Assembly (NCBI GenBank): GCA_965140445.1
Contig: OZ223236.1
Location: forward strand, 832,001-896,000
Length of the DNA: 64,000 nt
DNA from: Candidatus Ozemobacteraceae bacterium
Lineage (GTDB): Bacteria > Muiribacteriota > Ozemobacteria > Ozemobacterales > Ozemobacteraceae
Direction of reading: 5' to 3'
The notes under the pieces are model-generated. The model was not told the DNA's origin. It did no database searches and saw only the letters and a program-made list of their open reading frames with translations. Position numbers and translations under genes: made by a program. Below are positions 19,006 through 27,568 of this stretch, piece by piece. Each line of letters opens with the position of its first letter. Positions within the stretch are counted from its first letter, which is position 1.

Positions 19006-20154
19006 TTAAACCACAGATTTTTCTAACGAAACTCCATCAAGATTATAGAGTCTTTTTACATTTAGATCGTTGATGACATCGCATTCAGTTCCGTTAATTA
19101 CCTGGTCTGCAAGCAATTGGCTGACAGCTGGAGCTAACATTAAACCATGTCCTGAAAAACCACAGGCCTGATAGAAATTTTCTATTTCTTCAACTGGACC
19201 CAAGATTGGTTGAGCATCTGCTGTCATTTCATAAAGCCCAGCCCATTGTCTTACTATTCTTAGTTGAGATAATTTGGGGAATAAGCTGGTAAACCTTTTG
19301 CTCATCTCGTACATAAAGTGCATGGAACTTCCAACATTTGTGCCAACCGGTTCGTTTGGATCGCCCATTCCCATTACAATTCCGCCACTCATTTCCTGTC
19401 TTGCATACAGGCCAACATTAAAGCTTATAACCATTGGGTTCCAGAGTCTTTCTACCGGTTCGGTTACCAGAATTTCATGCCTATATGGGTCAACCGGGAT
19501 TTCAACATTTAACATTTCACCTATGCTTCGAGAAAATCCGCCGGCGCAGTTAAAGAGAATGGGGGTTTCATAGGTCCTTCCATTTTCTGTCATGATGAAG
19601 AATCTATTACTTTTCATCATTATGCCACTGACGTTTGTCCAGAGATGAATTTGTGCTCCAAGTCTTTGAGCTGCATTGGCATAAGCCTGGGTAAGGAGAA
19701 ACGGGTTAATATGCCCATCTGTTGGGCACCATGTAGCTTTTCTTATTAGTGTTTCATTCAAAAACGGGACTATTTTTCTTGCTTCGGAGGGGTCGACAAA
19801 ATCTATGTCCAGGCCAAGTTTTCTTTGCATCTGAACGTTCTTTTCAAATTGCTTTTCTTCTTCTTCGGTGTGGGCAAGAATTAAATATCCACCTTGAAAG
19901 AATTCTGTTTTGTAGCCTAGTTCTTCTTCAATACTTTCCAGTCTTTTAACCGAATCCATTGCCAGTCTGGTATTTGAAGCAGTACTCCATTGCTGTCGAA
20001 AGCCGCCTCCACATCTACCTGTTGAACCGCTGGCAAGATAATGTCTTTCAAGGATACAAATATCTTTCATACCTGATTTTGCCAGCTCGTAAGCGGTAGA
20101 AACTCCAAGAATCCCGCCTCCGATAATGATTGCATCAAAATTAGTTTTCATCAT
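19006..20154 (-). CDS. FAD-dependent oxidoreductase, sarcosine oxidase beta / proline dehydrogenase beta-like
   Basis: GGGILG, GSTGRCGGGFRQQW, RQWAGLYEMTADAQPILG, GFSGHG motifs. Confidence 0.9.
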   Translation of the reverse strand: MMKTNFDAIIIGGGILGVSTAYELAKSGMKDICILERHYLASGSTGRCGGGFRQQWSTASNTRLAMDSVKRLESIEEELGYKTEFFQGGYLILAHTEEEEKQFEKNVQMQRKLGLDIDFVDPSEARKIVPFLNETLIRKATWCPTDGHINPFLLTQAYANAAQRLGAQIHLWTNVSGIMMKSNRFFIMTENGRTYETPILFNCAGGFSRSIGEMLNVEIPVDPYRHEILVTEPVERLWNPMVISFNVGLYARQEMSGGIVMGMGDPNEPVGTNVGSSMHFMYEMSKRFTSLFPKLSQLRIVRQWAGLYEMTADAQPILGPVEEIENFYQACGFSGHGLMLAPAVSQLLADQVINGTECDVINDLNVKRLYNLDGVSLEKSVV

Positions 20155-20440
20155 TTTCGTCAGCCTCCTCTGAGTTTTTTCCCTCGACTTCGGCCATTAT
20201 AAGATCAAATGGAACTGGCCGGTTTGGCGGACGAAAGGTTGGGGGGTAAATTTCACTTGGACTGGTTTTCAGTTCGCGGCTAAGAATTTGTGAAACAAGT
20301 CGACGGCATGTTCTTCCCTGGCAGGCTCCCATTCCAGCTCTAACCAATCGACGAATTTCATCTATAGTTGTTGCTCCTTGTTTTATGGCAGCAATGATTT
20401 CTTCTTCGGTTACATCCTGGCATCTACAAATGATTTTCAT
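20141..20440 (-). CDS. BFD-like [2Fe-2S]-binding protein
   Basis: CRCQDVT...RAGMGACQGRTC...RPP. Confidence 0.88.
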   Translation of the reverse strand: MKIICRCQDVTEEEIIAAIKQGATTIDEIRRLVRAGMGACQGRTCRRLVSQILSRELKTSPSEIYPPTFRPPNRPVPFDLIMAEVEGKNSEEADENDEN

Positions 20441-20937
20441 TTTGCTTCCCCCTTAATGACCTTTAATCCTCGGATATCGTGAACTTTATCTTTGGGGATT
20501 TCAATGGTTACTGTTGCCGTTTTATCAAAAGCCGGAGGGTTTAATACCCTTATCACCTTTGCTCTACAAACGTCTTTTCCACATCGATCCAGGGCCATTA
20601 CTTCCTGGTCTTTTTGCGGAAGCGGTAGAAGCTCGTAACTCATGGTCAGAGTGGCTTTGTCAGATTTACTACTTTTGTTAATAATGAAGATAGCCAATCC
20701 AGGACATTTTGGGACACAGGCTCCGCAGCCAGTACATTTTTCAAAATCAAGGCGGGGCCGATTTGTTATTCCTTCTTTCATTTCTATTGCCTTTACAGGA
20801 CATGCAGAAACGCAAGGATCACATGGAATATCCTGCAAACACTCAATTATGGCAACAGGACCTTTTTCGTAGCGACTTTCCGGAGGCAGACATGCTTGAA
20901 GCTCTTCAATTGTGACAATTCCATCGTTTTTTAACAT
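20437..20937 (-). CDS. 4Fe-4S ferredoxin-domain protein
   Basis: ECLQDIPCDPCVSACP and CTGCGACVPKCPG; start ATG 20937 after GGAGG. Confidence 0.88.
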   Translation of the reverse strand: MLKNDGIVTIEELQACLPPESRYEKGPVAIIECLQDIPCDPCVSACPVKAIEMKEGITNRPRLDFEKCTGCGACVPKCPGLAIFIINKSSKSDKATLTMSYELLPLPQKDQEVMALDRCGKDVCRAKVIRVLNPPAFDKTATVTIEIPKDKVHDIRGLKVIKGEAK

Positions 20938-22028
20938 TTTTCTACCTCCTTGATCAGTCTGTCGCGGCCCCATCTGATTCTTTCTCCGGTAGAGCCTGAT
21001 CTTAGAGTTTTCAATTCCTCTCTGGCTTCAGAAACAATCTCTTCTGCTTTTTCAGATTTTCCAAATAAGCTTTCATAGGCTCTGGCGCCAGCTATTCTTC
21101 CGCCAAGAATTGCAGTTGTAGCTTCTTCAATTCCAGAAGCATCACCAGCGACAAAGATTGAGGGGTTGGTCGAGCGCATATTTGCATCATGTATTGGAAC
21201 CAGCCCGCCCAGTTCATTTACGTGGATCATTCTGCAGCTTGCTTGCTGAAATAGATCGATTAAAGGTGTGAGCCCAACCGCCAGACAAATGCAATCGCAC
21301 TCTATTTCAAATTCAGTATTTGGTACCGGCTGAAACTTTTCATCTATTCTGCAAAGTTGAGCGCCGGTAACTTCTGTTTCGCCAAGGGCAGAAAGGATTG
21401 TGTGTCCTGTAAAAATGGGGACTCCCATTCTTCTAATTTTGCTGGCATGAACCAGATATCCTCCGATTCTATCCATGGCTTCAACCAGGCCTACGACTTC
21501 TACTCCTGCCTGAAGAAGCTGGTAGCTGACTATCAAGCCAATGTTGCCGCTGCCAATCATCAAAATTTTGTTTCCTGGTTTTATGCCGTGAACATTCATT
21601 AATGTTTGGACACCGCCGGCCCCATAAACACCTGGAAGGTCATTGTTTTCAAAAGTCAGACTGTTTTCTGTTGCGCCAGTGCAAACAATTGCTCTTTCAT
21701 AATTTACTCGCTCGTAAGCTTCCTGTGATAAAATTCCCGCTTCATTCTGGCTATAGAAGCCAACAGCAGCGGTGTTGGTTAAAATAGAAAGCTTGTCTCC
21801 AAATTGTTCTATTTCTTCAAAAAGCTTTTTGGCAATTGTGATACCTCTAATTCCCGCATCCCTTTGGCTGCTTCCAAAAAATCTATGAGTTTGCTTAATT
21901 AATTGCCCGCCTAATTTAGCACTGTCATCCACAAGTAAGGTTTTTGCGCCAAGCTCTGCTGCTACTATTGCAGCTGATAAGCCAGCTGGACCTCCACCAA
22001 TAACGAAAATTTCAGTTGATCGACTCAT
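20931..22028 (-). CDS. NAD(P)/FAD-dependent oxidoreductase (sarcosine oxidase alpha / HcnB N-terminal-like)
   Basis: GGGPAGL, LGGQL, CTGATE..NDLPGV, GSGNIG, FVAGDASG motifs. Confidence 0.9.
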   Translation of the reverse strand: MSRSTEIFVIGGGPAGLSAAIVAAELGAKTLLVDDSAKLGGQLIKQTHRFFGSSQRDAGIRGITIAKKLFEEIEQFGDKLSILTNTAAVGFYSQNEAGILSQEAYERVNYERAIVCTGATENSLTFENNDLPGVYGAGGVQTLMNVHGIKPGNKILMIGSGNIGLIVSYQLLQAGVEVVGLVEAMDRIGGYLVHASKIRRMGVPIFTGHTILSALGETEVTGAQLCRIDEKFQPVPNTEFEIECDCICLAVGLTPLIDLFQQASCRMIHVNELGGLVPIHDANMRSTNPSIFVAGDASGIEEATTAILGGRIAGARAYESLFGKSEKAEEIVSEAREELKTLRSGSTGERIRWGRDRLIKEVEKC

Positions 22029-22342
22029 GGCTTGATTACCCCATGCCCTTTCTGCATTTTTACGTGCATGCCTTCTTTTAGCGGGGTTATGCAGGTCATG
22101 GTATTAATTTTTCCATCGACTTCCATTATGCAGCTGGAGCAACGACCAATTGCGCAGAAGAAACCACGAGCTCTGTTTTTTTGAGGGCTTCGGCGAAGCA
22201 TTTTTACGCCAGCGGCATGAAGTGCGGCTGCAATAGGTTCTCCTGCATAGCCTTCGAGTTCTTTGTCTTCAAATTGAAACTTAACTTTTTCTTTTTTCTC
22301 GAATTCGAGAATAGGATGACTCGTTATCCTGAGAGAGGACAT
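22025..22342 (-). CDS. (2Fe-2S)-binding protein (HcnA-like)
   Basis: GEPIAAAL, RGFFCAIGRCSSC...TCITP; RBS AGGAGG. Confidence 0.88.
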   Translation of the reverse strand: MSSLRITSHPILEFEKKEKVKFQFEDKELEGYAGEPIAAALHAAGVKMLRRSPQKNRARGFFCAIGRCSSCIMEVDGKINTMTCITPLKEGMHVKMQKGHGVIKP

Positions 22343-22492
22343 TCCTCTTTCCTCCTTGATTCCTTGAGCATTTTGCTTTTGTTTTTTTCTGTGTGTAAAT
22401 GCTATGGCTACTTCTTTTCTTTTATATAGGACAATGATAGGATTTATTATACCCTATTTTAATCGATGTTAGGTACACTTCGAATAAAAAAC

Positions 22493-22516
22493 AATCCATA
22501 AGTTTTTGTTCTCGTT
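22493..22516 (+). promoter_or_regulatory. Putative ECF-sigma promoter AATCC-N15-CGTT
   Basis: Exact motif shared with sites at 54725-54748 and 61626-61649. Confidence 0.55.
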
Positions 22517-22525
22517 ATTAGATGT

Positions 22526-24343
22526 GTGAATATGCAAAACAGAAGCAAGACGATACTATTTCTATTAATTTTAATATTACTGGCTGGTATTAAAAATTCT
22601 TCGCCAATTTCTGAGTTTGAGGCCTGGACAATTGATTTAAGGTATCGTTTCAGTAAAACTATAAAAGTTGATGATCGAATTGTAATTCTTGGTCTTGACC
22701 AAAAAACGATTGATTGGGTTGGGCGGCCGTCTTTTGCATGGGGGCCAATTTATGGGCAGATAGCAGATGTTTGTAGAACCAGTTCTGCGTCAGCTTTGCT
22801 TTATGATTGGGTTTTTTCCGCCAGCTCAGAAAAGACCCTTAGAGAATTGGTGGCTTCTGTCAGCGCAAAACATTCGTTGAGTCTTCCAAGAAGCTTTATC
22901 CGCGATATAAGTTTTGAAAGGTCTTTCAGGGCAGCTTTGATCAATGCTTGCAATAGTGGTTTGCGGGTTGTTCTTGGAGTTGGACTTGAAAACGGCCAGC
23001 CAGTTATATTAGAAAAATCGATTATGAGATCTGTTCCAGCGGACTGTATCGGTTATTTCAATATGGTTACTGATGTTGATGGAAAAATCAGAAGAATCAG
23101 ATTACAGACAAAGTCCGCTTCTGGTGAGGTTGTTAATTCTATTTCACTTGCTTTATTCAAGGCTTGCTTTCCAGAAATAGTAATTGGCGATGATTATTTT
23201 AACGAAAAATACATTGGATTTGCCGGCAAAAGAGGTAGTTTTAAGACGATTTCGCTTGCTGATATCTTAAGCGGTAGAGAGGGTGTTGAAAAATTGCGGA
23301 GTCAGTTAAAAGATAAAATTGTTTTAACTGGTTTTACAGAAATTACAGATTTGAAAAACACTCCATTTGGATTTATGCCTGGAGTAGAGATTCATGCAAA
23401 TTTGATAAACAGCCTGATAAGTAATTCGTTTAAAAATTTGGCAAATCCAGATTTTTATTACTTCATTTTATTAGGTTTTTTTGTCGTTCAATTTCTGATA
23501 AGCCTTTTTAAACCGCAGATTTCACTGATTTTATTGCCAATTGGCACTTTAGCTTATTCCTGGTTCGCCTTCTCAGAATTTAGTTCTCAAATTGTTCCCC
23601 TTGCATTGCCTATGGTTGGATTTTGTTTGATCTTTTTGTTTGAGATCATTGCCAGCTTTTATAAAGTTTTCAGGGAAAAAGGAAGGCTTAAAGGCATTTT
23701 TTCCAGATATGTGAGTGATACTGTTCTGGATGAAATTTTGAGTAAGAAAGACGAGGATTTTTTGTGCGGAACGCGCAGGGAACTGGGAATATTAGTTGCT
23801 GATATAAGAGGGTTCACAACTTTTAGTGAAAAAAGGAACGCTCATGAGGTTGTAGCTTTTTTGAATGGCTATTTTTCTAAGGTCACAGAAATCATTCTTA
23901 ATAATGATGGAGTTGTAGACAAGTTCCTTGGTGACGGTGTATTGGCATTTTTCAATGCGCCGGTGGAGAAAAAGAATTTCGCGGAAAATGCTGTGAAATC
24001 AGCAATTGAGATCGCTCAGTTTTCAAGAACAAAAGAGTTTAAGGAGATGTGTGGCGACACTGAATTAAAGATCGGTATTGCTATTCATTCTGGAGAAGTG
24101 GTTTTTGGCAACATCGGTTCAGAAAAGAAGGCTGAGTTCACTGTAATAGGGGATGCGGTGAATACAACATCCAGATTGGAAAGTATGAACAAAGAATTTA
24201 AATCAGAGATTATTTGTAGTAAAAATATGGCGGATAAGATTGATTTTCAGGGCTTTAGTGGAGTTAAATTTAAGGCTTTACCGAAAGTAGAAATCAGAGG
24301 AAAAGAAGAAAAGCTGGATATTTTTTCCCTCGAATTGGAATGA
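22526..24343 (+). CDS. CHASE2-domain adenylate cyclase (class IIIb-like)
   Basis: CHASE2 motifs DVDGKIRR and MPGVEIHAN; 3 TM helices; ADIRGFT, DKFLGDG, EFTVIGDAVNTTSRLE. Confidence 0.9.
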   Translation: MNMQNRSKTILFLLILILLAGIKNSSPISEFEAWTIDLRYRFSKTIKVDDRIVILGLDQKTIDWVGRPSFAWGPIYGQIADVCRTSSASALLYDWVFSASSEKTLRELVASVSAKHSLSLPRSFIRDISFERSFRAALINACNSGLRVVLGVGLENGQPVILEKSIMRSVPADCIGYFNMVTDVDGKIRRIRLQTKSASGEVVNSISLALFKACFPEIVIGDDYFNEKYIGFAGKRGSFKTISLADILSGREGVEKLRSQLKDKIVLTGFTEITDLKNTPFGFMPGVEIHANLINSLISNSFKNLANPDFYYFILLGFFVVQFLISLFKPQISLILLPIGTLAYSWFAFSEFSSQIVPLALPMVGFCLIFLFEIIASFYKVFREKGRLKGIFSRYVSDTVLDEILSKKDEDFLCGTRRELGILVADIRGFTTFSEKRNAHEVVAFLNGYFSKVTEIILNNDGVVDKFLGDGVLAFFNAPVEKKNFAENAVKSAIEIAQFSRTKEFKEMCGDTELKIGIAIHSGEVVFGNIGSEKKAEFTVIGDAVNTTSRLESMNKEFKSEIICSKNMADKIDFQGFSGVKFKALPKVEIRGKEEKLDIFSLELE

Positions 24344-24356
24344 TTCAGGAGGTTTT

Positions 24357-25424
24357 ATGAAAAGAACGTGTATGTTTATTCTCCTATTTGTCTCGCTTTG
24401 TCTTAGTGTTAGCGCAAACGAGGTGGCTTTGGTAACTGAGCTTTCCGGGAAGGTTGCAGCCGAGTTTCAAGGCGATAAGTGGACTATTGAGCTTGCTGAG
24501 ATGATTCCAGCCGAGTCTACTCTAAAAACGGGGGACAAAGGACATCTTACTATAGTTCATTTCCCGCTTAATAAAGAGTTTCAGATTGGTGAAAATGCTG
24601 AAATTATGGTTGGCGAGAAGTCTGTTAAATCTGAGCAGGCAATTGAGACAACTTCGCTTAAGATGGTCGCTGAAAATGTGTCGTTGAATGCTGATATGAA
24701 CCAGCAAACAGGTGCTGCTGATGCTGACAAAGCGCTCAGTAAAAACTCCGTAAATCCAGGTTCTGTTGTGCCTGAAGAGTTGCTGGAGGTTGGCGAGGAT
24801 AGTTTTACTGAAGAAGAGCAGAGTGAGGTGGGAACAAATAACAAAAAATTGGAAGTTGGATTGGACCATATATCTGAAGTTAGTCCTTCTAAATCTGATG
24901 ATTATCAACGAAAGCTAGTTGATTCCCATTCTAACTCTCAAAATTGTTTTTCAAGAAGTCCCTCAGCCAAGACAAAGGAAGAAAAAGAAAGTACTCGCCA
25001 GAGGGCCATGCCTAAAAAGTTAAAAAAGCCTGAAATCAATAAAAACATTGCCATGGCTATGCCAAAAGAAATTTATGAAAAGTTCAGTCTGGAAGAAGGG
25101 CAGCCAATAATCTTATCAGAGTTTCCATCTGCTGAGATATCTAAGGTTAATCTGAATGACGGTTGGTATATTCTTAGCCTGTCTTTACCAGAAACCTTTT
25201 TCAAAATGAACAAAAAGCTGTCTTTAAAGGCTCTTGAGGGGTCTTTGGAGTTTCAGGTAAATACATTTAACTCTAAAATACCTGCAGTTAAGGATTTATG
25301 GATGCTTGAGCAGAGTGGTTTCTATGCCCAGGCGGCTTGTGGTTGGATTCAACTTCATAATGAGGGTGCCGTAAAGGATCGACTTTTCAAAAGCCACATG
25401 AAACGTCTTAAATCTAAAATGTAG
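24357..25424 (+). CDS. Secreted hypothetical protein with FecR-like N-terminal domain
   Basis: Signal peptide; VALVTELSGKV...LKTG..G.L.I....IGENAEI pattern; directly downstream of the CHASE2 cyclase; RBS AGGAGG. Confidence 0.55.
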   Translation: MKRTCMFILLFVSLCLSVSANEVALVTELSGKVAAEFQGDKWTIELAEMIPAESTLKTGDKGHLTIVHFPLNKEFQIGENAEIMVGEKSVKSEQAIETTSLKMVAENVSLNADMNQQTGAADADKALSKNSVNPGSVVPEELLEVGEDSFTEEEQSEVGTNNKKLEVGLDHISEVSPSKSDDYQRKLVDSHSNSQNCFSRSPSAKTKEEKESTRQRAMPKKLKKPEINKNIAMAMPKEIYEKFSLEEGQPIILSEFPSAEISKVNLNDGWYILSLSLPETFFKMNKKLSLKALEGSLEFQVNTFNSKIPAVKDLWMLEQSGFYAQAACGWIQLHNEGAVKDRLFKSHMKRLKSKM

Positions 25425-25430
25425 ACATAA

Positions 25431-25467
25431 AAAAAAGACAGCTGATTGATCAGCTGTCTTTTTTTTT
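25431..25467. terminator. Bidirectional intrinsic terminator
   Basis: A-tract, GACAGCTGAT/ATCAGCTGTC stem, T-tract between convergent genes. Confidence 0.85.
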
Positions 25468-25478
25468 GTTAATTTTTT

Positions 25479-26438
25479 TTACTGCTTGTGGCTCTTTTTC
25501 TTAATTGCTTTTTTGTCTTTAAAGTTTTTCACATCTTTGCCTGGCTTTGAAAATGTTTTTCCCTTTTTAGGTTTTTTATCAAAACTTTTCTTATCTGTGG
25601 TTGGGTTTTTGGGCAAAGCTTTGGAAGCGATTTTTCCAGGTGCGGTTTTTTTCAAATCCTGAGATTTTTTTTCGCCATCAGTTTTAGTTGGTTTTGAATC
25701 CCGTCTATCCTTTTGTAGCTGAACGGCTTTCATCAGGTCAGAGGTTTCTCTTTTGGTTAATGGTCGCAGTTCGCCTGGTTTCATGTTGCCAAGATAAACA
25801 GGACCAAATCTGATTCTATGAAGTAGCTCAACTTTTCGATCCAATTTTTCAAACATTTTTCTGATTTGACGCTTTCTTCCTTCTTTAAGAATCACTGTAT
25901 ATGTTTGTGGATCTCTTTTTTGAAAAATTTTACATGGCGCAGTCATGCCATCTTCAAGCTTAACGCCTTTTCGGAAGTTTTCTTTTTCTGGTCCGGTTAA
26001 AGAAGAACCGAATATTCTGACTACGTATTCTTTTTCAACTTTGTAGGAGGGATGCAACAAACGATTAGTCAATTCTCCATCATCTGTAATGATAAGTATT
26101 CCAGATGATTTAAGATCTAGTCTTCCCACTGGATATAGTCTTTTTCCCTTGGGGAGATATTCTTTGATCGTTTTTCTGCCAAATTCATCCTTTAAGGTTG
26201 TCAAAACATCAACTGGTTTATGAAAAGCATAGATGCTAAATGATTTTCTTTTTTTAAAAATCTGTTTTCCGTCAATTTTGATAATTGGCAGATTATTTGG
26301 GTCTATTTTAAATCCTGGTTCTGTAAGAGGTTCTTCGTTTATTGTAACTCTTCCAGATGCGATAAACTCTTCAATTTTTCTTCTGGAAGCAATGCCCCAG
26401 TCTGAGAGTAGCTTTTGAATTCTTATTAATTCTGCCAT
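25479..26438 (-). CDS. rluB: rRNA pseudouridine synthase (RsuA/RluB family) with Lys-rich tail
   Basis: S4 domain (RIQKLL..GIASRR), YPVGRLD, EGRKRQIRKM. Confidence 0.88.
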   Translation of the reverse strand: MAELIRIQKLLSDWGIASRRKIEEFIASGRVTINEEPLTEPGFKIDPNNLPIIKIDGKQIFKKRKSFSIYAFHKPVDVLTTLKDEFGRKTIKEYLPKGKRLYPVGRLDLKSSGILIITDDGELTNRLLHPSYKVEKEYVVRIFGSSLTGPEKENFRKGVKLEDGMTAPCKIFQKRDPQTYTVILKEGRKRQIRKMFEKLDRKVELLHRIRFGPVYLGNMKPGELRPLTKRETSDLMKAVQLQKDRRDSKPTKTDGEKKSQDLKKTAPGKIASKALPKNPTTDKKSFDKKPKKGKTFSKPGKDVKNFKDKKAIKKKSHKQ

Positions 26439-26441
26439 TTG

Positions 26442-27536
26442 TTATTCAATCCAATCTAAATCAATTGTAAATTTCATTATTCTGGTTTTGCGCTTTTGAA
26501 GGTAGGTTCCTCTACTAAAAAAGGGATTGCCTATAAAGCCACAGTTTTTCAGAACGGGAAAAACCTTGGTGAAAATATCTGAACTATTGGGGGTATAACC
26601 AATAAGTTGTATTTTTCTTTGAAAGTCCGTATTAAATCCAGATAAAACTATTCCAGAGCTATAGTCTGAGGCATTAAAAATCCACTGCAGGGATTTTAAT
26701 TGGAATAGACTGTGCAAGTTGGCAATTTTATCCTCAGATGCTGTATTATTGCTTGTTCGTCCTTTTATTGAGAATGTAGAAATAGAATCAAGCTCAGAAT
26801 CCAGTGAGAGACTGCTCAGCAAGGAGCTATTTTTCTCAAGTGTTTTAAAAAAATCTGAGAATTTATTCGCGTTAACTTGTAGCCTAATGCTTAATGCTCC
26901 CGAAGAAGAGTTGTTTTCAATTATATTGCCACTTTCTGTAAGCTCGGCAGTAAAATCTTTAAAAATGTCTGGTTCAACAGCTACAGGCTCTTTATCAATT
27001 TTTTCGTTAAAGTTCTTTGTAAAGATAGCAACTGAAGAATTTGGGTGTGGTTCTGTGCCAGAAAACTTCAGGCCAAATTTTTCTACTAATTGCAGATTAT
27101 GTTGAAGTTGTTCCGGCTTATCAAAGCGGATTTTTAAACTAATTGACAGACTGTCAATTGAATAGGAAATGTGATTTTCCATTGATTGCCAATCTGCATT
27201 TAAAAGACTTTCAAATTCAGAGATTTTCAAAAAGGATTCAGAAACTTTTTTCATGCGAAATTTCCAAACCGAATTGTTTTGGGAGTAGGACATAGCTATA
27301 ACTGAAAGGCCAGTGTTTTCTTTAAAAACTGATTCCAGTTCCTGGTAACTTTTGTTTGAAGACATTTCGACAGAGAAAACCACATCTCCATCAATATCCT
27401 TTGAAAATTCAGAAGAAATCAGTTTGTCCGGTTCTTTTATGTTCTCTTCAATGAGAAAGAACTCAGCGGGTTGAGCTAAGCAGGAGAGATTAATCAGCAA
27501 AATGAATATAACTGCACTAAAAATGGAATTTCTCAT
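26442..27536 (-). CDS. Secreted hypothetical protein with PilN-like C-terminal domain
   Basis: Signal peptide; C-terminal IQLIGY.PNSS.I...L....F.NP...KFTI pattern; downstream of pilB. Confidence 0.5.
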   Translation of the reverse strand: MRNSIFSAVIFILLINLSCLAQPAEFFLIEENIKEPDKLISSEFSKDIDGDVVFSVEMSSNKSYQELESVFKENTGLSVIAMSYSQNNSVWKFRMKKVSESFLKISEFESLLNADWQSMENHISYSIDSLSISLKIRFDKPEQLQHNLQLVEKFGLKFSGTEPHPNSSVAIFTKNFNEKIDKEPVAVEPDIFKDFTAELTESGNIIENNSSSGALSIRLQVNANKFSDFFKTLEKNSSLLSSLSLDSELDSISTFSIKGRTSNNTASEDKIANLHSLFQLKSLQWIFNASDYSSGIVLSGFNTDFQRKIQLIGYTPNSSDIFTKVFPVLKNCGFIGNPFFSRGTYLQKRKTRIMKFTIDLDWIE

Positions 27537-27568
27537 GGGGATACCTCTTAAGATTTTTGGAAAAGCGT

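Noticed and set aside
19006..22342. Calling the cluster hydrogen cyanide synthase (hcnABC)
   Set aside because: Same superfamily, but the extra ferredoxin and the beta-subunit motifs fit amino-acid dehydrogenases better; substrate unproven.
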